Assembly: GCA_022562295.1 (NCBI GenBank) | Contig: JADFPO010000001.1 | Span: 13,112-77,111 of the forward strand | Length of the DNA: 64,000 nucleotides | DNA from: Gemmatimonadota bacterium | GTDB taxonomy: Bacteria > Gemmatimonadota > Gemmatimonadetes > Gemmatimonadales > GWC2-71-9 | Direction of reading: 5' to 3' | Shown here: positions 9,136 to 16,917 of the stretch, piece after piece | How the letters are laid out: each line of letters begins with the position of its first letter | Position numbering within the stretch: the first letter of the stretch is position 1 | Position numbers and translations under genes: made by a program | Notes under the pieces: generated by a model | What the model was told of the DNA's origin: nothing | Databases searched by the model: none | The model's input: only the letters and a program-made list of their open reading frames with translations

Positions 9136-11121
9136 TTAGGGGTTGACGATCCTGTCGATCAACGCTTGGACGTCGTTTACCAACTGACCACCCTGATCCT
9201 CGAGCGTACCATCCTGGATGAGGAGCCGAACGGCGTCGATTGCCGAAACGAGCTGGAGAATCACCCCCTTGGCGTCGCCGTCTTCCAGCTCCGGCGCCAC
9301 CCCCACCCGCTCAAGGATCGCGATCGCGCCGTCCGCGCCACCTACGTCGGCGAGCTTGACGATCAGCGCGTCGACGCTCGCGCGGACCTCGTCGACGTTG
9401 AGCCTCGGCTGGTGACCACGCTCGACGCTGAGCCCCCCACGCCCCCCACGCCCCCCGCTTATGGCAGTCGCGGCGCTCTGTTGCCCGGAGCTGGTCGTCA
9501 CGGTGAACGCCGCGAGCGGCGGACGGCTGGCCACCAGGCCGCGCGTCTCAGTGTAGTCGGCCGGTGTGCCACCCGTCGGCGTGTAGAGGATCGTCGCTCC
9601 GTCCAGCAACGGGATAGCGGCTCCCGATGCCGAGTTGGTGAACAAGCCAGTTCCCGAGCTGATCCCTACATCCATGTCGGCGTTGACCGACGGCGCGCTG
9701 AAGGTCCAGTTGATCCCATCCGTGCGCAGGCCGTTGTAGAGGAAGAGGACGGTGTTCGTGGTCTCCGACAACTGGACCTGGAACGTGCTGTGGCCCGTGT
9801 TGTTCGGCGAGTACTCCGGTACGTTGAGCCACGTGACGACAAACCGTTGGTTCGGCGCCGTACCCAGCGTGTTGTAGAACACGCCACCCGCTTGGGAGGG
9901 GTTGAAGTCCCCGTAGAGAGGCGCGATGAGAACGTTGGTGCCGTCCGGAACATCCGGGTGATCATAGTCGCTGTTCGAGGCCCCGAACGTCAGATTGCCA
10001 TTCGAGTTGATCCAAACATCGGTATACTGAACACCGTAGAACTCGAACGTGAATCCAAAAGGTTTCAGATCGCTGTCGTCATCCGATTGGAACAACCCTC
10101 GGCCCAGGTTCGTCTCGAACACGCCGGTTACAACCGTCAGCGTCACCTGCGCGCTGTCTGCCCTGCCACTCCGGAACGCCGTGACCACCGTTGTGCCGGT
10201 ATCCAGCGTTTGCACCACCCCGTTCGGTGTTACCGTGGCGACGCGCTCATTGCTCACTCGCAAGAACACATCGCCTACCGCGACAGTCGCGCCGCTCGAG
10301 TCAGTGGCGAGCGCAGCGTACTCTACCCGTGACCCGGTGAGCACGGTCGTGTCGCCGGGAACGAGGAAGAAGCTACCGAGGGCCGTCGAGGGGGCACAGG
10401 AACCCGGTGCGATCGAGAACAGCCGGGACCCGCTCACGTCGATGCCGAGTGCCCGCGACAGGATGATGAGTGCGTCGACCGCTTGCGTCAGGCCATCTCC
10501 GTCCACATCGGCCATCGCGGCGTTGAACTGCGACACGTCGAGACCCACCGCCGCCGACAGCGCGATGAGCGCATCCCGGGTGTTGATCAGGCCGTTGCCA
10601 TCGGGATCGCCCCAACGGCCCAGCGCCGGACAATACAATCGATCGGTGAGGACAACGTTGGACGTAAGATCGGCTAACGAAGTCTTCGCGGTAAGTGTAT
10701 CGACGGAGACTCGAATGGTGTCCGTGGCGGCCACGAGGGGACGCATCCGGACCACGGCCACGCTGAACAACCCGCCGACGCTCCTCGTGTTGGTGCCGCC
10801 AATTCTGAGAACGCCTTGCGCGACCGAATCTTCGCTAAGGTCCACCTGACCGAACTTTCCAGGCCCTCCGCCAACCAGTTCCAGCACGGCCGTGTCCCAC
10901 CGCAATGTGAGGACGAAATTCTGCAGCGTGTCGGTGCGCTGCGACATGTCGATCTCGATCGGCAGCAGGAAATCCACGCCGACGAGCGAGGACGCGTTGC
11001 TAGCGGCGGAAACCGGGATACTCTGCGCCGCGGCCGGCGAGACGGCCAGCGGTGCAAGCACCAGCGCTCCCGCAGCGGCGGCGGTTCGAATGGCGCGGCT
11101 GCTGCGCCACCGCGGGATCAC
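9136..11121 (-). CDS. Secreted multidomain protein: cohesin-like module + dockerin + Big_2 + NIDO-like domain + helical C-terminus (operon gene F)
   Basis: 661 aa with signal peptide ..LAPLAVSPAAAQ. Cohesin-like block: NFVLTLRWDTAVLELVGGGPG..GVLRIGG. Two Ca-loop dockerin segments: DPDGNGLINTRDALIALSAAVG and DVDGDGLTQAVDALIILSRALG. Ig-like Big_2 block: VATVTPNGVVQTLDTGTTVVTA. NIDO-like motifs: FTFEFYGVQYTDVWINSNGNLTFG and IAPLYGDFNPS. Its start overlaps the gene E stop by 4 nt. Confidence 0.7.
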   Translation of the reverse strand: MIPRWRSSRAIRTAAAAGALVLAPLAVSPAAAQSIPVSAASNASSLVGVDFLLPIEIDMSQRTDTLQNFVLTLRWDTAVLELVGGGPGKFGQVDLSEDSVAQGVLRIGGTNTRSVGGLFSVAVVRMRPLVAATDTIRVSVDTLTAKTSLADLTSNVVLTDRLYCPALGRWGDPDGNGLINTRDALIALSAAVGLDVSQFNAAMADVDGDGLTQAVDALIILSRALGIDVSGSRLFSIAPGSCAPSTALGSFFLVPGDTTVLTGSRVEYAALATDSSGATVAVGDVFLRVSNERVATVTPNGVVQTLDTGTTVVTAFRSGRADSAQVTLTVVTGVFETNLGRGLFQSDDDSDLKPFGFTFEFYGVQYTDVWINSNGNLTFGASNSDYDHPDVPDGTNVLIAPLYGDFNPSQAGGVFYNTLGTAPNQRFVVTWLNVPEYSPNNTGHSTFQVQLSETTNTVLFLYNGLRTDGINWTFSAPSVNADMDVGISSGTGLFTNSASGAAIPLLDGATILYTPTGGTPADYTETRGLVASRPPLAAFTVTTSSGQQSAATAISGGRGGRGGLSVERGHQPRLNVDEVRASVDALIVKLADVGGADGAIAILERVGVAPELEDGDAKGVILQLVSAIDAVRLLIQDGTLEDQGGQLVNDVQALIDRIVNP

Positions 11122-13877
11122 GGCCTACCTCCCAAGATCCGGATCTCTATACCATTTCTGCGGAACGTGCTCAGCGGTGGAGCGGTGTCGGTCGTCTCGA
11201 TCACCGCACAACTCGGGTTGGTCACCTGAACCCCAATGGCGTTGGCCGACACCGCATAGAACACAGTTGCGGTCGGACCAGTTAGCTGCGTCACCTTAAA
11301 TGTCACTGTGCTGTTTTGGACGATAGTCGTGTTCGTGAAGCTGAATTCCATGAGCAGGTTATTGCTCGTGATACCATCGAGCGTCACGGACGCGTTACCC
11401 GTTCCGAGCAATGTCCCGTCGTACGTCGCCGACCGCGCCTCGAGGGAGAACGTGTAACTGCCGGCGACGTTGGCGGACATGAAGAGTTGCACCCGGTTGA
11501 GGCTCGTACCCGGGAAGTTCTCAACGTAAAAGCCCCTGGAGATGTTGTCGCCACCGGTCCTACCCAAGACGCAGTCCGCGAGGTTGTGAACGGTGGGGGC
11601 AGGCGTGCTCGACACAATCAGTGCCGCGGCCGTCGGGACGAACAAGACCCGGGCCGTGACGCTGTCGCCTGTCGACGTCGCGTCACAACCGATCTGGCAC
11701 CGCGGTCCCTTGGCATCGCCCCACCAGCTGTTGGCAGCGTCGAGGCGCGGAGCGGTGGACGATCCCCTGTTCTCGACTCCGAACCCGTTGCCGACAAAAT
11801 TGTTGCCCTCGAAAACCGACCCGACGGCCGCCGAGTCGAGGATTCCGGTGGCGTTCCGCAGGAAGGAATTGTGTGTTCCCGTGACAACCGTGGCAGCCGA
11901 TGACCCGAGGTAAAGCCCGACGCCTCGGTTGTCGGTAAATTGGTTCGTGTCGATGACCACCTTGGTGTTGCCCGAATCGACATAGAGGCTGCGGATGCCG
12001 TTGCGGCTGAAGTCGCTGTTGGTGACTACCACGAATTTGTTGTCGCGGAACCAGAGGCCCCCTTGCGGGTTGTCGTTGACGCTCGATGAGTCGACGGTCG
12101 CGGTGTCCGTTCGGGTAATGAAGATCGCACCCTTCACGGTGGCACCCACTGCGCCCGCCTCATGCGCACTTTCAACAGAAACGTCTATGAGCTCGAGAGT
12201 GGTCACGCTACCGACTAGCACGCCCTCGGACTCGGTGTTAGAAATGCTCGTGGACCGTACGGCCACCCAGATGTTTTCGGTAAATTCCACCCCGATCCCC
12301 CCGACGGCCCGGATCTCCGATCCAAAGAGCAACACGGAATCCGCGCCGGTGACCACAATACCACGCGCATCCCTAACCAAACCGATGCTGTCGACCACAT
12401 CGTCAATCGCGCGAACCTTGACGCCGGAGATGCCCACCAAACGCGAACGCGTCACTTGGATCCCGGTTCCGACGGCACCTTCGACCGATACCCGGTTCAG
12501 CCCGACCCTCGACGCGCTGTCGACATGCAACGCGGCGCCGCGGATCGCACGGAACACCACCGACTGCAGGCCAACCGAATCGGCCTTGATGCGCAGCCCG
12601 AACCCCGACTCGACGAACTGCAGCCACTGGATGAAGACTCCAGTGGCTTGTATGGATCCGACGGACCGGCTGGGTGTGGAGATGGTCGGCATGCCCGCCG
12701 CGGTGGAATCACCGAGAAACACCAGGCTCTTCGTGGTGGAAATAGGCTCGTTGTACAAGGCAACGGCTATCGATATCGTGTCGCCGTCGGCCGCACGCTC
12801 GAGCGCCTGCGCAATACTGCTGAACGGATGTAGCAAACTGCCGATTTCACGGGATCGTCCCGCCGCAACGGTCGGATCGACTCGCCAAACGTGACGCGCA
12901 GCCACCGTTACGGTCGACGTTGCGGAGACACCCGGCGCCACGGCGGCTGTCAGCGTGGCCGTTCCGGCCGCGCGGGCGGTGAGGACTCCGTTGCCGCTAA
13001 CCACCACTATCGTCGTGTCGCTCGACGTGAACCGCAGGCCACGAGCACCGATCACATCGCCCGCGGCGTTCTCGACAACCGCGGCGATGTTGAAAGCGTC
13101 GCCCGGCGCTAAGTCGACTGAAACCGGCAGCGTTATCGATGCCGCCGGCGTCGAGGAACAATCCGGACCGAACAGCCGCCCGACGCGGAAACCGGGTACG
13201 TCCAACAGTGCCGCACGGCTGACGATCCCCAAGGCGTCCCGCGGGTCAACGTCACCGTCCCCGTCGGTGTCCCCGGCCGTCAGATCCAACGCGACGCCGG
13301 CGCTCGTCGTGTCGATCCCCACCGAGTGCATCAAGACGATCCCACCGTCACTCGCATCGATGACCCGATCGCCGTTGAGGTCTCCGTAATAGAGTCCTTT
13401 ACAGAACGCCATCGAGGTCGTTGTGAGCAACGGAAGCAGGTCTTGGAAGGTTCGGGCGGCACGCAGCTCGGCGAATGCAACCGTGAAGCTGTCCGCCTCG
13501 ACGGCCAAGACCTTCAGAGACACGTTCCCCAAAACGATCTGGCCTGACGCCCCGGTCGCCGAAGCCGCGGCGAACTGCGCGGTGCCCGCAGCCGAGTCGA
13601 TATTGAAGACCGGAGACCCGAACGTGCCGGCCGAAACTCCGGCAAAGGCAAAGCGAGCCGGGTTCCAGCGAAATGTCAGGCGATAGGCACCGAGAATGGT
13701 GTCACCGAGGTCGGCGGCGATGGGGATGGTCACACGCACGTTCGTATCGGCCAAGAGCTGACTAGTCGTAGGCCCGGCGACGATCTGGCCAGCGACGGGA
13801 TGCGTCGCCAACGCCGCTACGAGAAGCGGCGCTGTCGCAACCAAGCGCACACGATACCGATTCAACACGTTATACAA
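11118..13877 (-). CDS. Secreted multidomain protein: cohesin-like module + dockerin + Big_2 + right-handed parallel beta-helix (NosD/pectate-lyase-like) + C-terminal domain (operon gene E)
   Basis: 919 aa with a signal peptide ending HPVAGQ. Cohesin-like block: GAYRLTFRWNPARFAFAGVSAG..GTAQFAA. Dockerin segments: DLNGDRVIDASDGGIVLMHSVG and DTDGDGDVDPRDALGIVSRAAL. Big_2 block: IVVVSGNGVLTARAAGTATLTA. About 350 aa of short V/I-x-G/N beta-helix repeats end in ANSWWGDAKGP. Confidence 0.7.
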   Translation of the reverse strand: MYNVLNRYRVRLVATAPLLVAALATHPVAGQIVAGPTTSQLLADTNVRVTIPIAADLGDTILGAYRLTFRWNPARFAFAGVSAGTFGSPVFNIDSAAGTAQFAAASATGASGQIVLGNVSLKVLAVEADSFTVAFAELRAARTFQDLLPLLTTTSMAFCKGLYYGDLNGDRVIDASDGGIVLMHSVGIDTTSAGVALDLTAGDTDGDGDVDPRDALGIVSRAALLDVPGFRVGRLFGPDCSSTPAASITLPVSVDLAPGDAFNIAAVVENAAGDVIGARGLRFTSSDTTIVVVSGNGVLTARAAGTATLTAAVAPGVSATSTVTVAARHVWRVDPTVAAGRSREIGSLLHPFSSIAQALERAADGDTISIAVALYNEPISTTKSLVFLGDSTAAGMPTISTPSRSVGSIQATGVFIQWLQFVESGFGLRIKADSVGLQSVVFRAIRGAALHVDSASRVGLNRVSVEGAVGTGIQVTRSRLVGISGVKVRAIDDVVDSIGLVRDARGIVVTGADSVLLFGSEIRAVGGIGVEFTENIWVAVRSTSISNTESEGVLVGSVTTLELIDVSVESAHEAGAVGATVKGAIFITRTDTATVDSSSVNDNPQGGLWFRDNKFVVVTNSDFSRNGIRSLYVDSGNTKVVIDTNQFTDNRGVGLYLGSSAATVVTGTHNSFLRNATGILDSAAVGSVFEGNNFVGNGFGVENRGSSTAPRLDAANSWWGDAKGPRCQIGCDATSTGDSVTARVLFVPTAAALIVSSTPAPTVHNLADCVLGRTGGDNISRGFYVENFPGTSLNRVQLFMSANVAGSYTFSLEARSATYDGTLLGTGNASVTLDGITSNNLLMEFSFTNTTIVQNSTVTFKVTQLTGPTATVFYAVSANAIGVQVTNPSCAVIETTDTAPPLSTFRRNGIEIRILGGRP

Positions 13878-13884
13878 CCGCCAT

Positions 13885-14406
13885 CTAATTGCGTCCCGTC
13901 CGCAGAAACACTCTGGGTTCCGTTACCAGGCCGGATTCCAGATCTGCCAGCGACTCGGCCGCCGTGAGTTCCTCCATCTCGAACCGCAAACCCTCCATGT
14001 AGCTCGCCGCCTTCACCGTGAATTCGCCACGATAGAGGAGGTTGTCTTCAAATCCTCGTGCGGAAGCCCCCGCAAACCGCACCTCACCCGGCGCGTTCGC
14101 GGCGTTGGTCACCCGCAGCCCGTCGTTGATTGCGATGTCGCTCTTCCATGCGAGAACCTCGGGATCGAAGTACAGCGCTCCCGTGTAGCTTCCCAACTTG
14201 AGATCCTCTTCCACTCCGAATTGCACCGCCACGAACACCCGTATTTGCTGACCAGGCGTGGCCTGATCGTTATCGACCTGCAGGAACGCCTGTATGCCTT
14301 GCGTGGGGGGCGGCGGCACGTCCGGACGCTGCGAATCAAAGGGCTCGTCGCAGGCGCCGAGCGCCAGCGCCAAGCCAGTCATAGTGAGAAGACGGACGTA
14401 TTTCAT
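13885..14406 (-). CDS. Small lipoprotein consisting of one cohesin-like module (operon gene D)
   Basis: 173 aa with lipoprotein signal MKYVRLLTMTGLALALGAC. The body, LGSYTGALYFDPEVLAWKS..PGEVRFAGA.., resembles the cohesin-like modules of genes C, E and F. Confidence 0.65.
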   Translation of the reverse strand: MKYVRLLTMTGLALALGACDEPFDSQRPDVPPPPTQGIQAFLQVDNDQATPGQQIRVFVAVQFGVEEDLKLGSYTGALYFDPEVLAWKSDIAINDGLRVTNAANAPGEVRFAGASARGFEDNLLYRGEFTVKAASYMEGLRFEMEELTAAESLADLESGLVTEPRVFLRTGRN

Positions 14407-14416
14407 GCCATGGCTC

Positions 14417-15790
14417 CTAGTTTACCGTCACCGTGCCATTGGTCACGGAGACTCTCGATAACAGATCTGTAAAGGTCACGGCCGCGGACATCTCGGAAAT
14501 GGCGACGGTCGGCGTCGTCGTGCCCAATCCAACCTTGCTGAAACGAATCCGGGCCAATACGACCGACCCACCCGACCCCGAGGGACTTACTTGCGCAAAG
14601 CGAAGCTCACCTGTCGCGGCGTTCACGTCGTTGAACTCCGGTGTTGGAAAATCACCGGCCTCGACGGCCACTAGGGTGAGAACGCTCGGGTTCCACGTGA
14701 GCGTCGCGTTGTAACTGCCAAGCAACTCACTGCCCGCGAAACTCATGTCGGCGGTCACATCCACCGTTATTTCGCCTCCCAGCTGGGACTCGAAGAACGA
14801 ACGGCCCTCGGTCGTGGTGGTCACGACTACGCGACCGTCCGCGGCAACGGTGACCACCAGCGAGTCCGTGAACCCTCGCGCACGAGCAACAACCACCGAC
14901 GTGCCGGGAACGAGACCCTGCACGAGCCCGGTCGCATTGACCGAGGCCACGCGGCTGGTACGTGATGTCCAGTTGACTTCTTCTCCCACCACTACGGTCC
15001 CTGTCCGATCGATCAGAGTCGCGCTCAGCTGCACCGTGCTGTCCTTGGCGACGGTGGCCGAGCCGATGTCAAGCCGCAGCGCAACCGGATCCGTTTCGTT
15101 TACGACAAATACTCTCGTGGTGTCAGTCAAGCTGTCGCCGGTGCGCACAAACACCACGATCGGTTCAGAGCCGGCGGAAACCGCTTCGGCGGCACCGGTT
15201 GCTCGCGCCACTTTCAGGCGGAGGGAGTCCCGTGGATTCACGAGATTGAACGTCAGCGGCACTTCGATTGGCAGATCGAGCGTATCGAACACGGTGGCGC
15301 GCAGCTGGAAGGTGCTCCCAGCCAACACCGCGGTGTCGCGCGGCGCGATGGCCACTCGCGTTCCGCGAAGGCCAGCATATTGGATCGGGATAGAGATAGT
15401 CTGCGTGCCGTCATCCGCTGCTGCGCTGGCAGAAATGCTCACCACGGTCTCGCCTTGGAAGAGGATTGCTCCGTCCGAGGCCCGGAACGCTTCCAAACGA
15501 ATCCTGAACTCCTGCACGTTCTCGAGCAGCACGACCGCAATGTTTCCTGACGCTTCCCCCGTCACCGGATCGATCGTCAGGACGGTATCCGTTACAAAGA
15601 CGAACGTGCCGGAACTGTCGCGCTCGATGATGACTCGTAGCTGATCGGCGTTGTCGGCGAGCGTCGCCGCAGCGAACTCGTCGAACAGCGGCACGATATT
15701 GAGCGAGACGTTGCGCGTGCTCGGCCCGAAAAAGTCGAAGCAAGCGGTTGCGGTGAACGCAGCCAGTGCAAGAAGTACGTAGCGCTTCAA
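14417..15790 (-). CDS. Lipoprotein with Ig-like (Big_2) repeats and a C-terminal cohesin-like module (operon gene C)
   Basis: Track ORF 14417..17002 trimmed to the TTG at 15790, which forms a TTGA overlap with the stop of 15787..16917. This gives (M)KRYVLLALAAFTATAC. Two Big_2-like blocks (..VASVNATGLVQGLVPGTSVVVA..) are followed by LGSYNATLTWNPSVLTLVAVEAGDF..TGELRFAQV. Confidence 0.7.
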   Translation of the reverse strand: MKRYVLLALAAFTATACFDFFGPSTRNVSLNIVPLFDEFAAATLADNADQLRVIIERDSSGTFVFVTDTVLTIDPVTGEASGNIAVVLLENVQEFRIRLEAFRASDGAILFQGETVVSISASAAADDGTQTISIPIQYAGLRGTRVAIAPRDTAVLAGSTFQLRATVFDTLDLPIEVPLTFNLVNPRDSLRLKVARATGAAEAVSAGSEPIVVFVRTGDSLTDTTRVFVVNETDPVALRLDIGSATVAKDSTVQLSATLIDRTGTVVVGEEVNWTSRTSRVASVNATGLVQGLVPGTSVVVARARGFTDSLVVTVAADGRVVVTTTTEGRSFFESQLGGEITVDVTADMSFAGSELLGSYNATLTWNPSVLTLVAVEAGDFPTPEFNDVNAATGELRFAQVSPSGSGGSVVLARIRFSKVGLGTTTPTVAISEMSAAVTFTDLLSRVSVTNGTVTVN

Positions 15791-16917
15791 GGCGTAAACT
15801 CGAGGTGGAGCGCGCCTCGGAAGCCGCGGAAGTTGATTCGGGCCGCCGACTGCGTCACATATCCGGAAATACCACCACCCTGCAAGACTATTGCCCACCG
15901 GCGTGTCGCTCTGATGCGAAGATCGACGCCATACCGCAACGACTCTCCTAACCGTTCGAGGGATGTCGTCGAGGCGTCCGGCGCGGCGTCGGATACTCGA
16001 TACTCGACGTTCGGCTCCACCGTGGTGGTTCGCCCCAACGGGAAATCGAATCGGAAGCCAGCGGCGAGCAGATTGCCGCGCGGGAGGATGGCTGCACCCG
16101 CCGCCGTGGACTCGAGCTGGGGATTCCCACGAAAGACGTCGAAGCCATAAACCGTGACAGACGCCGAGCCCAACCCCTGGTTGAGCGAAACGTATCCGAT
16201 GATGCGGTTGCCCACGCCGTTGCGTGTGGAATCGCTCACCACGTCCTTCTCCCGCCGGGCGTAGATGGCGGCAAGGCGGATATACGTGCGTGTGGCAATG
16301 GCCCCCTCGAGACCACCCCGCAACCGGATTTCCGCGCCCGGCCGCAATTCGGTTGTTCGACCCAAAACCGGTTCGTAGGTCAGCGGCTTGCGGAATGTGG
16401 CGCCGAAACCGAGCGCCATGCGCCCTACCGGGACCGCTCCGGCGAACCCGGCGCCGACGTTGCCACCCGTCCCGAGATTGGCGGCCGAGAACCCTATCAA
16501 GTCGCTCGAGATGGCTCCCAGCACCGAGAGTTCTTCGAAGGCAACCGTCTTGGTACCCGTGGGCACGGCACCAGAGACGATGCCGACGAGGCGTCCCGGG
16601 ATGAGATCGAATGACAGCCGGGCCTCGGTGTCGAGCACGCCCGATATTTGCTGATCGGATATTTGTGTTGGATCCGTACTGGTGATTTCGGCCTTCGCAT
16701 ACCCGGTGGAAATCGCAAGATTGCCGAATCGTCCGAGCCCAAAGCTGATTGCTATGGGGACAGTCATTTCGGTCACTTTGTTGAACAACAGACCGGCATC
16801 GAAGGTGTAGCTCTCGTAGAGGACCGCCGTGCGCACGTTCAACCCCGACTGGGCCGACACCACCCCGGGAGATACCGCAAGCGCGCACAGCGCCGGAACG
16901 AAGATGCGCCTGATCAT
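15787..16917 (-). CDS. Putative outer-membrane beta-barrel protein (operon gene B)
   Basis: 376 aa with signal peptide MIRRIFVPALCALAVSPGVVSAQ. Alternating-hydrophobic strands with G/N/D turns run throughout. 4-nt overlaps on both sides. The function call rests on pattern only. Confidence 0.55.
   Translation of the reverse strand: MIRRIFVPALCALAVSPGVVSAQSGLNVRTAVLYESYTFDAGLLFNKVTEMTVPIAISFGLGRFGNLAISTGYAKAEITSTDPTQISDQQISGVLDTEARLSFDLIPGRLVGIVSGAVPTGTKTVAFEELSVLGAISSDLIGFSAANLGTGGNVGAGFAGAVPVGRMALGFGATFRKPLTYEPVLGRTTELRPGAEIRLRGGLEGAIATRTYIRLAAIYARREKDVVSDSTRNGVGNRIIGYVSLNQGLGSASVTVYGFDVFRGNPQLESTAAGAAILPRGNLLAAGFRFDFPLGRTTTVEPNVEYRVSDAAPDASTTSLERLGESLRYGVDLRIRATRRWAIVLQGGGISGYVTQSAARINFRGFRGALHLEFTP

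Noticed and set aside
8302-10332. 676-aa plus-strand ORF
   Set aside because: It is antisense to the kinase (8038..9039) and to dockerin protein F. Its composition is Arg/His/Pro-rich with no motifs. This is a typical high-GC shadow ORF.
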